Source: an uncultured Chloroflexia bacterium
Lineage (GTDB): Bacteria > Chloroflexota > Limnocylindria > Limnocylindrales > CSP1-4
Assembly (NCBI GenBank): GCA_963763775.1
Contig: CAVXPZ010000003.1
Span: 224,001 to 288,000 of the forward strand
Direction: 5' to 3'
DNA length: 64,000 nt
The position numbers and the translations under genes were made by a program. The notes beneath the pieces are model-generated. The model saw nothing but the letters and a program-made list of their open reading frames with translations, was not told the DNA's origin and did no database searches. Shown one piece after another: positions 52,759-62,820 of the stretch (positions are counted from its first letter, which is position 1; the number at the start of each line of letters is the position of its first letter).

Positions 52759-54034
52759 TCAGGCCTTCCGCCCGCTCCTCGGGCGGCTTCACGGCCCGGA
52801 ACTCGCGGTACATCAGCAGGTCGTAGGCGATCTTGAAGCCGCCGGCCAGATAGAACGGCAATGCCGCGTAGCCGGCGCTCGCCATCAGCACGGACGAGAA
52901 CGATGGGGAGATGGCCGCACCGGTCGTGCGGGCGACACCGGTCACGCCGGCCGCCGCGGACCGCTCGTCCGGGTCGACCACCGCCATGACGTAGGACTGG
53001 CGCGTGGGGACGTCCATCTGGCTGAGGCTGAACCGCAGCAGCAGGACCGCGATCGCCAGCGGCAGCGTCGGCATCAGCGGGACGAGGATGAGCAGCAGGT
53101 TCGATGGGATGTGGGTGAACACCATCGTGTTGATCAGCCCGAACCGGGCGGCGATGCGCGCGGCCGAGAGCGACGACACCGCGGCGAGCAGGTTCGCCCC
53201 GAAGAAGATGAGGCCGAGCACGGCCGGGTCGACGCCCCACTGGGTGTGGAACCAATACGCCATGAGGCTCTGCGGGATGAACCCGCCGCCGAAGGCGTCG
53301 ATCGAGAACAGCACCGACAGCTTGAGGACGATCTTCTTCGAGCGGCCGAGGCCGAGACGCCGGCGGATCCCGTCCATCGCCGCCTCGCGCGGCGGCGCCT
53401 CGATGGACGTGTCCAGTCGCCAGAAGCCGACGACCATCGCAAGCCCGATCACGGCGTAGCCGATGACGATGGCTCGATACGCGTCGACCGGCGCCCAGCC
53501 GCCGTTGAGGAGGACTTGGCTGATGAGGCCCGCCGCGAGGGCACCGGTCGCCGTCGCGACATAGCCGACGAGGTTGTACCAGGCGAATGTCGGGGTCCGA
53601 CGGACGTCGTGGACGGTCTGCGAGAGCGCCGCTTGTTCGACCGCGAGGAACGGGCCGACCTCGTTGCCGGTGGGCGAGATGACCCCGACGGTCGCCGCGA
53701 GGATCAGGAGCGGGACCCAGCTCGTGAAGGCGAACACGATGCCGGCGATGACCATCAGGACGGCCCCGGCGACGAGCACGCGTCGGCGGCCGAACCGGTC
53801 GGCGTTCGTCGTGAGCCACAGCGAGATCAGCGTGTCGCCGATGAGCGTCAGCGTCAGGACGATCCCGATGGTCAACGGGTCCAGGCCGAGCGCATCGAGG
53901 TACAGGACCAGGACGACCGCGAGGAACCCGTACCCGAACATCCGCAAGGTCCGCATCGCGAACAGGAGGCGGCCGTCGCGGTCGAGGCCGCGCAGACTGG
54001 GGATCAGCCCGGGATCGGGGGGCGCGGCACTCAC
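52759..54034 (-). CDS. MFS transporter (3' end approximate; true stop probably lost to an indel)
   Basis: NADRFGRRR motif A, GNEVGPFLAVEQ and QMDVPTRQSY; ~12 TM segments. Confidence 0.88.
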
Positions 54035-54107
54035 GCGGTCGAGTCTACGCGGGCCACGAGGGCTGGCGCCGTCTGCGAGAATGCGGCCGGAGGTTCGAGA
54101 TCAGACG

Positions 54108-54338
54108 ATGAGCGCCGACCCGCACGCAGACGACGTCCCCGGCCACGCCGGTTCGGCCGGCCTGCATCACGACGTGACCGACCACGGCGACGACGGCGAG
54201 CACGACGACCACGCCCATGCCGAGGAACCGCTCGGTCCGATCGACCTGCGCGCGTGGGGTGCCGGCATCGCGGGCATCGCGATCGCCGCGGTCGTCATCG
54301 CCTGCTTCGCCGTCACGACGGGAGCCCTGACGCTCTGA
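54108..54338 (+). CDS. Small His/Asp-rich protein with C-terminal TM helix
   Basis: GGAGG upstream; MSADPHADDVPGHAGSAGLHHDVTDHGDDGEHDDHAHAEE followed by a hydrophobic helix. Confidence 0.7.
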   Translation: MSADPHADDVPGHAGSAGLHHDVTDHGDDGEHDDHAHAEEPLGPIDLRAWGAGIAGIAIAAVVIACFAVTTGALTL

Positions 54339-54481
54339 TCCGCTGAGCGCGGTCGCGAGGGAGGTCCCGCCCGCCCGCTCGTCCGGGCGAAGATCGAACC
54401 GATCTCCTGCGCCATGCCTCATTGGGGGCATGCAGCGGACCCGCACCACCGCGGTCCCGCGCCAGGCAGCGGAGATCGGCG

Positions 54482-55663
54482 ATGCGTTTGGTCTTGATCG
54501 TGGGCACCCTGATGCTCGTTGCTGCATGCGGCACGGCTCCGGCCGGCTCGAGTGCCGCAGACACCGCCATCACCGTGACAGACGCGCCGACCGCGATCGC
54601 CAAGGTGGCGTCCAGCCCGACGCCGCCCGAGGCACCACCGACCGAGGCGCCCCCGACGCCGTTCCCGGCCCCGGCCGACATCGGGCTCGACGACATCGCC
54701 ATGGGACCGGACGGTCAGCTGTACGGGTCGAGCTGCATGGCGGCTCGGGTCTACCGACTCGTCGGAGATCACCAGCTCCAGGTCGTCATCGGGAGTGGCG
54801 GCAGCGGGTTCGATACTGGCTTCACGGGCGACGGCGGGCTCGCCACGGACGCCCAGGTCTCGTGTCCCGTGGGGATCCTCTTCGCCAGCAACGGCGACCT
54901 CGTCCTCGCGGATCACAGCAACAACCGGATCCGTGAGGTCGATGCGAACGGGATCATCCAAACGATCGCCGGCAGCGGCGAGGCCGGCAGCAATCGCGGG
55001 ATGTACGGCGGTGATGGAGGACCGGCGACGTCCGGGTTCCTCCAGGAGCCGACGCAGATCGCCTTCGACTCCGCCGGCAACCTCTACATCTCGGACCGGG
55101 ACAACGATCGCGTCCGAAAGGTCGACACGAAGGGGATCCTGACGACGCTTGCGGGCGACGGCACGGACGCCTTCGGCGGCGACGGCGGCCCGTCGGTCAA
55201 GTCGAAGGTCGACGACCCAGCCGGGATCGCCGTCGCGCCTGACGGCACCGTCTACTTCGCCGACTCGAACAATCGACGCGTCCGGAAGATCGCGCCCGAT
55301 GGGACCATCACGACCATCGCCGGCACGGCCAAGGGCGGCGACGCTGGCGACGGCGGGCCGGCGAGCAAGGCCACGTTCGATGACCCCGAGGCTCTCGCGC
55401 TGGATGCGAAGGGCAACCTCTACGTGAGCGATGGACCGGTCGTGCGAGTCATCGACGCGAAGGGACGGATCGCGCGATTCGCGGGCACGGGCGCGGCCGG
55501 CACATCGGGGGACGGCGGGCCGGCGAGCAAGGCCATGCTGACGGCCGTCAGTTCGATCGTCGTGGCCCCGAACGGCGACGTCTACCTCGACGACGAGGAC
55601 GGCCACCAGATCCGCAAGGTCGCGCCCGACGGCACGATCTCCACGGTCTTCCGCCCGTCCTAG
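54482..55663 (+). CDS. NHL-repeat beta-propeller lipoprotein
   Basis: Lipobox VAAC; repeated GDGGPA...P.GIA....GNLY.AD..N.RVRK units. Confidence 0.9.
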   Translation: MRLVLIVGTLMLVAACGTAPAGSSAADTAITVTDAPTAIAKVASSPTPPEAPPTEAPPTPFPAPADIGLDDIAMGPDGQLYGSSCMAARVYRLVGDHQLQVVIGSGGSGFDTGFTGDGGLATDAQVSCPVGILFASNGDLVLADHSNNRIREVDANGIIQTIAGSGEAGSNRGMYGGDGGPATSGFLQEPTQIAFDSAGNLYISDRDNDRVRKVDTKGILTTLAGDGTDAFGGDGGPSVKSKVDDPAGIAVAPDGTVYFADSNNRRVRKIAPDGTITTIAGTAKGGDAGDGGPASKATFDDPEALALDAKGNLYVSDGPVVRVIDAKGRIARFAGTGAAGTSGDGGPASKAMLTAVSSIVVAPNGDVYLDDEDGHQIRKVAPDGTISTVFRPS

Positions 55664-57366
55664 AACAGCCCGACGACGTTCCCCTCGGCGTCGATGTCGA
55701 TGTTCACGCCGCCCGGCACGGACGGCAGACCCGGCATGGTCCGCATCTCCCCGCAGATCGGGGTGATGAACCCGGCGCCCGCTGACAATCGGACCTCGCG
55801 GATCGGCACGGTGAAGCCCGTCGGTCGGCCCTTCAACGCCGCATCGTGGCTCAGCGAGTACTGCGTCTTGGCCATGCAGACCGGCAGGTTGCCGTAGCCC
55901 AGGTCGGTGTACTGCTTGAGCTGCTTGCGGGCAGCCGGCAGATACTCGACGCCGGCGCCGCCGTAGACCTTCGTGACGATCGTCTCGATCTTCTCGGTCA
56001 GCGGCATCTCGTCCGGGTAGAGGAGCTTGAAGCCCTCGCCCGCGGATTCGCTGGCCTCCCAGACGGCCTCGGCGAGGGCCGTCGCGCCCGCGCCACCGTC
56101 CACGAAGTGGGTCGCCCCGACGGCCGCGCGCGCCCCGGCGGCGAGCGCGACCTCGCGGATCGCCTCGACCTCGGCCGGGGTGTCGGTCGGGAACGCGTTG
56201 ATCGCGACGACGGCGGGGATGCCGTACATCGTCACGTTCTCGATCTGCTTCGCGAGGTTCTGCGCCCCGAGCCGGACCGCCTCGACGTTCTCCTCGAGGA
56301 GCGCCGGGTCGAGCGGCTTGCCGGCCACGATCTTGCCGACGCCGCCGTGCATCTTGAGCGCCCGGACCGTGGCGACGACGACGGCCGCGCTCGGGGCGAG
56401 GCCGGACGCGCGGCACTTGATGTCGAAGAACTTCTCCGCGCCCATGTCCGCGCCGAAGCCGGCCTCCGTGCACACGATGTCGTTGGTCACGAGCGCCAGC
56501 CGGTCGGCGATGATCGAGTTGTTGCCGTGCGCGATGTTCGCGAACGGGCCGGCGTGGACGAAGGCCGGACCGCCTTCGAGCGTCTGCAGCAGGTTCGGCT
56601 TGATGGCGTCACGCAGCAGTACCGTCATCGCGCCGGCGACGCCGAGGTCCTCGGCGGTGACCGCGGTCCCGTCCGGGCGCGTCGCCAGGACGATCCGCCC
56701 CAGCCGGGCCCGCAGGTCGAACAGGTCCGTCGCGAGCGCGAGGACCGCCATCACCTCGGAGCCCACCGTGATGACGAACTCGGTCTCGCGCGGCACGCCG
56801 TCCTCACGGCCACCGAGGCCGATCACGACGTGGCGCAGCGCCCGGTCGCTGATGTCCACGACCCGCGGCCAGAGGATCCCATGAGGGTCGATGCCGAGCG
56901 GGTTCTTGTGGTGGAGGCTGTTGTCGATGAACGCCCCGGCGAGGTTGTGGGCGGCCCCGATCGCGTGGACGTCGCCGGTGAGGTGGAGGTTGAAGTCCTC
57001 CATCGGGATGACCTGGCTGTAGCCGCCGCCGGCAGCCCCGCCCTTGATCCCGAACACCGGGCCGAGTGAAGGCTGCCGGATGTTGACCGAGGCCTTCTTG
57101 CCGATCTTGTTCAGCCCCTGCGCCAGACCCACCGTGGTCGTGGACTTCCCCTCGCCGAGCGGCGTCGGCGTGATGGCCGTGACCACGACATAGCGGCCGC
57201 GCGGCCGCTCCGCCTCGAGTCGCTCGATGGCTTCCAGCGTGACCTTGGCCTTCGTGGGCCCGTACAACTCGAGTTCATCGTTCCGGATGCCCAGCTCAGC
57301 CGCGATATCCACGATCGGGCGGGGCGTGACGGATCGCGCGATCTCGAGGTCGGACGGGAAGCTCAT
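55660..57366 (-). CDS. fhs: Formate--tetrahydrofolate ligase
   Basis: Own RBS (GGAGGAG) and ATG at 57366; TPTPLGEGKSTT, GIKGGAAGGGYSQ, HAGPFANIAHG, TEAGFGADMGAEKF and MAKTQYS. Confidence 0.97.
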   Translation of the reverse strand: MSFPSDLEIARSVTPRPIVDIAAELGIRNDELELYGPTKAKVTLEAIERLEAERPRGRYVVVTAITPTPLGEGKSTTTVGLAQGLNKIGKKASVNIRQPSLGPVFGIKGGAAGGGYSQVIPMEDFNLHLTGDVHAIGAAHNLAGAFIDNSLHHKNPLGIDPHGILWPRVVDISDRALRHVVIGLGGREDGVPRETEFVITVGSEVMAVLALATDLFDLRARLGRIVLATRPDGTAVTAEDLGVAGAMTVLLRDAIKPNLLQTLEGGPAFVHAGPFANIAHGNNSIIADRLALVTNDIVCTEAGFGADMGAEKFFDIKCRASGLAPSAAVVVATVRALKMHGGVGKIVAGKPLDPALLEENVEAVRLGAQNLAKQIENVTMYGIPAVVAINAFPTDTPAEVEAIREVALAAGARAAVGATHFVDGGAGATALAEAVWEASESAGEGFKLLYPDEMPLTEKIETIVTKVYGGAGVEYLPAARKQLKQYTDLGYGNLPVCMAKTQYSLSHDAALKGRPTGFTVPIREVRLSAGAGFITPICGEMRTMPGLPSVPGGVNIDIDAEGNVVGLF

Positions 57367-58284
57367 CGGTCTCCTCCGGAGGGAACGGGGTGGGTCGTCG
57401 GGGTGGTCCGGGCGCGAGGCGCCTGACGCTCGGCGGCACGGATGAGGTGGGTCAGGAGGATCGCGTTCGTCAGCGGCCCGACGCCGCCCGGCACCGGGGT
57501 GATCGCCGAGGCGACCGACCGAGGCCGAGGCGAAGTCCACGTCACCGACGATGTGGCCGTCGACCACGTTGATGCCGACGTCGACGACGACCGCACCGGG
57601 CTTGAGCATCTCGCCGGTGATGAGTCCGGGCCGGCCGGCGGCGACGACGACGATGTCGGCCCGACGGACGTGACTCGCCAGGTCACGCGTCCTCGAATGG
57701 CAGACGGTGACCGTGGCGTCCTCCTTCACGAGGAGGAACGCGGCGGGCATCCCGACGACGGCGGACCGGCCGACGACGACGGCGTCGCGCCCGGCGATCT
57801 CGACGCCGGATCGGCGGAGGATCTCGATCGCGGCATGGGCGGTGGCCGGCAGGAACCCGTCGTAGCCGAGGCGTAGCAGCCCGGCGTTGAGGGGATGGAT
57901 CCCGTCGATGTCCTTGGCCGGGTCGATGGCATCGATGACGGCACGCAACCGGATCGTCGGCGGCAGCGGCATCTGGACGATCACCCCGTCGATCGACGGG
58001 TCGTCGTTGAGAGCTCTGACGGTCGAGGTGACGCTCGCCTCGGTGGCCTCGCCTTCGAGCTCGACGAAGCCGCCGTCGATGCCCACCTTGGCGCAGCCGC
58101 GGAGGATGCGTTCGAGGTAGACCGTGGACGGCGCGTCCTTCCCGACGATGACGACGCGCAGGGCCGGCGGGCGACCGCGCGCGGTCCGGAAACTGGCCAC
58201 GTCCTCCGCGACGGCGGTGCGGATCTCCTCGGCGATCGGACCGCCTTCGAGGAGTCGAGCCCCACCCGGCGCGGACATGGTCAC
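57363..58284 (-). CDS. folD: Bifunctional methylene-THF dehydrogenase/cyclohydrolase; frameshift near 57520
   Basis: DGVIVQMPLP, KDIDG, VGRSAVVG, VVDVGIN and GDVDF; ITPVPGGVGPLT lies in the shifted frame ending at 57363. Confidence 0.93.
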
Positions 58285-58958
58285 GACCGGTCCGGCGACG
58301 GGACCGGCGGACGAGGCTCGCCGCGACCGACCGTCTGGCGCGTCTCGGCGGCCAGCCGTTCGATCTCGTGGAGCAGATCGTTCACCAGGACGGTCATCTC
58401 CCCTTCGAACGACGGATCGCCCGTCGACGGCAGGTTGACGAGGACGTTCGCGGCCGCCCCATGGGCCGCGGCCTCGGCGAGCAGCGACGCGACGTTCAGG
58501 TCGCTCGAGGCGTTGGCGTTGCTGCGACCGGCGAGGGCCTCGGCCGCCTCGACGACCTGCAGGCAGAGTTCCATGCAGGCATATGGCACTTCGGCGGCGT
58601 GCCGCGCCGCGCGATGCATCGCCGCGCTTCGTTCCGCCTTCTCGTCGTCGGTCTCGCGCGGAAGCTTCATCGCCGCCGAGAAGTCCGCGTAGGACGCGGC
58701 ATCGTCGTCGGCCAGCGTCAGGAGGCGATCCGAGAGGTCGTGGCCCGTCCGCTTCGCCCAGGCGAGGAGGTCCTCGTGCTCGGCGTACTTCGGCCGGCCT
58801 TCCGACAGCGATGCGACCATCGCGACGAGGCCGGCGCCGAGGCTCGCGGCGACCGCTGAAGCGCTCCCGCCCCCAGGGACGGGCTCGGCGGATGCGAGAC
58901 GCCCGACGAACGCGTCGAGCGTGAGGTCACGGAAGCGGTCGGACGGGGAGGTCGGCAC
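58281..58958 (-). CDS. Formiminotetrahydrofolate cyclodeaminase/cyclohydrolase (FTCD_C family)
   Basis: LASAEPVPGGGSASA, LVAMVA, NASSDL and NVLVNL. Confidence 0.92.
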   Translation of the reverse strand: MPTSPSDRFRDLTLDAFVGRLASAEPVPGGGSASAVAASLGAGLVAMVASLSEGRPKYAEHEDLLAWAKRTGHDLSDRLLTLADDDAASYADFSAAMKLPRETDDEKAERSAAMHRAARHAAEVPYACMELCLQVVEAAEALAGRSNANASSDLNVASLLAEAAAHGAAANVLVNLPSTGDPSFEGEMTVLVNDLLHEIERLAAETRQTVGRGEPRPPVPSPDRS

Positions 58959-59162
58959 GGACAGATTGTAGGTTCGCGGCGGTCGTCCGGCGGGTGGTCA
59001 CGCGCAGGACGTCCCGCCACGTGAGCCGTCGGACCGCCAGATGGGTCGCCGCGAGCTGTTGCGGTCGATACGGGGCGAGTGCGGTACCGGCGCACCCGCC
59101 CCGCAGCCGACCGTTTGCCAGCCCGCGGGGGAGGGATCCGGGGCCGACCGGAACGAACCGGA

Positions 59163-59432
59163 TCAGGCGGCCAGGCGAACCTCGTCGAGGCCGGTGACCG
59201 TCCAGCGATGTGAGCGGTGGTGATAGGCGAGGGACAGGCGAGCGACGGAGGTCTCGACCTCGAAGAGCGTGCGGGGCCCGGTGATGACCGGATAGGCCGC
59301 CGCCTCTTCCCGGACGGCCGCGAGGCGCGTCACGGTGAGCCGCTGGTTGCCCCACGTGATCTCGCGGGGGCTGCCGTCGAACCAGCCGGTTCGAACGTGG
59401 ACCTGAACGGGTTCGACACGGGTGAATGCCAT
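59163..59432 (-). CDS. Small hypothetical protein (DUF6504-like beta-rich fold; tentative)
   Basis: GAAGGAG RBS; MAFTRVEPVQVHV...PREITWG...FEVET...WTV pattern resembles small proteins found next to mutagenic polymerases. Confidence 0.65.
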   Translation of the reverse strand: MAFTRVEPVQVHVRTGWFDGSPREITWGNQRLTVTRLAAVREEAAAYPVITGPRTLFEVETSVARLSLAYHHRSHRWTVTGLDEVRLAA

Positions 59433-59495
59433 CTTGCACGGCTCCTTCGGGGGCGTATCGCGTTTGATCCGTGTCGTCCGGGGCACTCGTCCGAC

Positions 59496-59549
59496 AGAAC
59501 GTCTGTTCGATTGAGGCTGACACTAGACCGAACAGGTGTTCGATGTCAA
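59496..59549 (-). promoter_or_regulatory. Promoter with two LexA (SOS) boxes
   Basis: Minus-strand TTGACA (59544-59549)-N18-TAGTGT (59520-59525); CGAACAGGTGTTCG at 59529..59542 and AGAACGTCTGTTCG at 59496..59509. Confidence 0.8.
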
Positions 59550-60859
59550 GCCTCGTCGTCGAACGGACTGTCGTCGAGGTCAGTGACACCTTGCGTGTCA
59601 CGACCGTCGACACCATCCGGCAGCTGCGGATCGTCCGCGTCGACCCCGCGCGCGCGACGATCGAGCGGGTTCCGCGGGTCGCGTTCGAACGGCGCGGGCA
59701 GTCCCGCGCCAAGGAGGCGCGCCCGGGTCACGGCGTCGGACCCGTATCGGCGCCGCACGGCGTCGGCCGCCTCGGTCGCGCGACGGCGCTTCGGATCCTC
59801 GGCGCTGAACATGGCGAGCTGCTCTCGCTCGCCCAGGTTCGAGGCCGTCACGCCCAGCAGTCGCACGCGGATCCCGCGCAGTTCCGGCCGGGCCAGCTCG
59901 AGCGCGATCCGATAGATCGGCTCGGTCATGTCGGTCGGCTCGGCGAGCGTCCGCTGTCGCGTGATGGTGCGGAACGAGCTGTCGCGGATCTTCACCGCGA
60001 CCGTCCCGGCGCGGACGCCGGCCGACCGCAACCGCCCCGCGACCCCGTCCGACATCGCGAGCAACGTCCGCTCGATGACCTCGCGGTCGGTCGTGTCCAC
60101 ATCGAACGTGTGCTCGTGCCCGACGGACTTGGCCGGGTCACCGTCGTGGACGGGGTCGGCATCGATGCCGCGTGCCCGCTCCACCAGCGATCCGCCGTGC
60201 TTCCCGAACCGACGTACGACGACATCCGGAGGCAGCGCCGCGAGGTCCCCGATCGTCAGCACACCGAACTCGGCCAGCGCGACCCGGGTCTTCTCGCCGA
60301 CGCCCCATAGCCGCGAGATCGGCAACGGTGCCAGGAACGAGGCCTCCTCGCCCGTCGGCACGACGACGAGCCCGTCGGGCTTGCGCAGGTCCGACGCGAT
60401 CTTCGCCACGAGCTTCGTCGTCGCGACGCCCACCGATGCGGTCAGGCCGACGTCCGAGCGGACCTCGTCCTTGATGCGGCGCGCGATCGTCGGCCCGTCG
60501 CCGAACAGCACGAAGGTCGCCGTGACATCGAGGAACGCCTCGTCGATGGAGATGGGCTCGACGAGGGGCGTGAACCGACGAAGCACGGCCATGACGTCCC
60601 GACTGGCCGCCTGGTACCGGCGTCCGTCCACCGGCATGAAGACGCCCTCCGGGCATCGGCGACCGGCCTCGCGGAGCGACATCGCGGAGTGGACGCCGAA
60701 CTTGCGAGCCTCATAGCTCGCGGCCGACACCACGCCCCGGGCGTTCCGGTCGCCACCACCGACGATGACGGGTCGTCCGCGCAGCTCGGGGTGGTCGCGC
60801 TGCTCGACCGCGGCGAAGAACGCATCGAGGTCGACATGGAGGATCGTCCGGGCAGCCAC
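59546..60859 (-). CDS. dinB: DNA polymerase IV
   Basis: ILHVDLDAFFAAVE, RGVVSAASYEARKFGVHSAM, SIDEAFLD, AKIASDLRKPDG and VRLLGV. Confidence 0.97.
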   Translation of the reverse strand: MAARTILHVDLDAFFAAVEQRDHPELRGRPVIVGGGDRNARGVVSAASYEARKFGVHSAMSLREAGRRCPEGVFMPVDGRRYQAASRDVMAVLRRFTPLVEPISIDEAFLDVTATFVLFGDGPTIARRIKDEVRSDVGLTASVGVATTKLVAKIASDLRKPDGLVVVPTGEEASFLAPLPISRLWGVGEKTRVALAEFGVLTIGDLAALPPDVVVRRFGKHGGSLVERARGIDADPVHDGDPAKSVGHEHTFDVDTTDREVIERTLLAMSDGVAGRLRSAGVRAGTVAVKIRDSSFRTITRQRTLAEPTDMTEPIYRIALELARPELRGIRVRLLGVTASNLGEREQLAMFSAEDPKRRRATEAADAVRRRYGSDAVTRARLLGAGLPAPFERDPRNPLDRRARGVDADDPQLPDGVDGRDTQGVTDLDDSPFDDEA

Positions 60860-60900
60860 GCTCGCTATCATCGCGCCAACGTGGTCGACCTCACCGCCAC

Positions 60901-62820
60901 ATGACGCCCGCCGCGATCGCTGCCATCGCCGTGCTGTGGCCGATCCTCTTCTTCGTCCCCGGATGGGTCGTCGTCCGCCGCGTCGCCCCGGACCTGCCGC
61001 CTCCGGGCGCGATCGGCGTCGGCATCGTCGCCAGCGTCTACGTGTCGGCGCACCTGGTCGACGTGGTCGCTCGATTGACGGGGTTCGGGTTCCCGGCCGT
61101 GCTCACGTCGGCCATCCTGCTCGCGATCGCGACCGTGCTCTTCGCCCGGGTCCGGATCTCGTGGCTCGCCCCATTCGAGCGCCCGTCCCTTGCGGGCGTG
61201 CGCGCCACCCTTCGGGACGACCTGCCCGCCTGGCTGATCGCCGCGGCGGTCGGCAGCCTCGTCGCCGTCGTGCTGTTCGGGAACGGCTGGCACGAGACGC
61301 CCGACGGCTGGGTCTCGGGCGGCTGGGACTGGAGCGACCTGCTCGTCCACGTCGCGATCGGGTCCAGCATCGTCCACGGCAACTTCCCGCCCGAAGTCCC
61401 GTACTTCGCCGGCGAGCCGCTCACGTACCACTGGTTCGCGGACTTCCACGGCGCCATCGCGGCGACGGCGGCCGGGGTCCCCCTGATCCCGGTCTACTTC
61501 TTCACGAGCGCGCTGTTCGCCGGCGTCATGGCCCTCGTCGTCTGGGCGCTGGCCCTCCGCCTCACCGGCGATCGGCGGGTCGCGCTCGTCGCCACGATCC
61601 TCGTCTGCCTCGGCGGCGGGATGGGCTGGATCCGCCTGGTCCTCGACCTCGTGAGCGGCACCGGGGGCAGCTCGGATCCGCTCACCCTGATCACGCAGCA
61701 CCCGTATGACAACAACTGGGAGGACAGCTGGCCGTTCTTCCGGATCGCCTCGGTCCTCGGCACGGGCTTCTTCCCGCATCGCGCGTCGACGCTCGGCCTG
61801 CCGGGTCTCGTGTCGGTGGTGCTGCTCGTGACGACCTGTCTCGGGCGACGGCCGGCCGGCGTGCTCATGGCGGGGATCCTCGCGGCGCTCCTCGCGCCGT
61901 TCCAGTTCTACGCGTTCCCGGCCACCTACCTGATCGTGGGCCTGTACGTCCTCACGAGCGGGGCGTGGCGCGAGAGGACGGTCTTCCGCGACGCCGTGCT
62001 CTTCCTCGCGCCGGCCGTGCTGGCGCTGCCGTTCATCGCGGATGCCGTCCTCCAGCAGGGGGCGACCGGCGGGTTCCGCTTCGTGCTCGGCTGGGGGGAG
62101 GCGAGGTTCGGTGAGGGCCCGCTCGCGGTCGTCTTCTTCTACGCGACCAACCTCGGCGTACCGTTCGCGCTGGCCCTCATCGCGGCGTTCGTGAGCCGCG
62201 ACATGCCGAATCGCTGGTTCCTGGTGTCGTGGCTGGTGATCCTGTTCCTGCTCCCGAACATCGTGCTCGTGAGTGCGGTCGAGTTCGACATGAACAAGTA
62301 CTTCCAGATGATGTGGATCGCGGTCGCGATGCTCGCCGCCTGGCTGATGCGTGACTGGGATCCCGTCCCGGTCGTCCTGGTCCTGGCGGTCTCGGCCATC
62401 TCCCCCGGGCTCATCGCGTACTGGCATCTCACGAATCCCGCGGTCGCGCTCAGCCTCGGCCAGGAACGGGCCGCGCACTGGATCGAATCCGAGACCCCTG
62501 AACGCTCGGTCTTCATCACCGACGCCTTCATCAACAGCCCGGTGGACCTCGCCGGCCGGCTGCGCATCCTCACGTTCCCACCGTATGTCTCGAACCTCGG
62601 CTACGACCCGGCGTCGCGGGAGGCCGATACCACGGCGATCTACTGCGACGGCCCCGACGTGGCGGCCGAGAAGATGGCCACCTACGGGGCCACCTACGTG
62701 ATCTCGAGCGGCGGCGTCTTCCAGTGCGATGACGGCACCCAGACCGATTTCGCCGCCAGCAATCGCTTCGTCACGGTCTACGACACCGACGGGGTCACGA
62801 TCTGGAAGAAGGTCCCGTGA
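60901..62820 (+). CDS. Polytopic membrane protein, putative GT-C fold glycosyltransferase
   Basis: Many TM helices; extracytoplasmic loop WSDLLVH...NFPPEVPYFAGEPLTYHW; coupled to the downstream ArnT-like gene. Confidence 0.7.
   Translation: MTPAAIAAIAVLWPILFFVPGWVVVRRVAPDLPPPGAIGVGIVASVYVSAHLVDVVARLTGFGFPAVLTSAILLAIATVLFARVRISWLAPFERPSLAGVRATLRDDLPAWLIAAAVGSLVAVVLFGNGWHETPDGWVSGGWDWSDLLVHVAIGSSIVHGNFPPEVPYFAGEPLTYHWFADFHGAIAATAAGVPLIPVYFFTSALFAGVMALVVWALALRLTGDRRVALVATILVCLGGGMGWIRLVLDLVSGTGGSSDPLTLITQHPYDNNWEDSWPFFRIASVLGTGFFPHRASTLGLPGLVSVVLLVTTCLGRRPAGVLMAGILAALLAPFQFYAFPATYLIVGLYVLTSGAWRERTVFRDAVLFLAPAVLALPFIADAVLQQGATGGFRFVLGWGEARFGEGPLAVVFFYATNLGVPFALALIAAFVSRDMPNRWFLVSWLVILFLLPNIVLVSAVEFDMNKYFQMMWIAVAMLAAWLMRDWDPVPVVLVLAVSAISPGLIAYWHLTNPAVALSLGQERAAHWIESETPERSVFITDAFINSPVDLAGRLRILTFPPYVSNLGYDPASREADTTAIYCDGPDVAAEKMATYGATYVISSGGVFQCDDGTQTDFAASNRFVTVYDTDGVTIWKKVP

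Noticed and set aside
51551-54346. 931-aa ORF extending the LuxR regulator across the MFS gene
   Set aside because: Read-through from an indel just after the HTH; the natural end is GLL* at 52742, and the remainder is antisense to the MFS gene.
55660-58284. 874-aa ORF resembling a eukaryote-like FolD-Fhs (C1-THF synthase) fusion
   Set aside because: The junction translates as non-protein-like sequence. The conserved FolD C-terminus (ITPVPGGVGPLT) is in another frame with its own stop at 57363, and fhs has its own RBS and ATG. A single indel near 57520 explains it.
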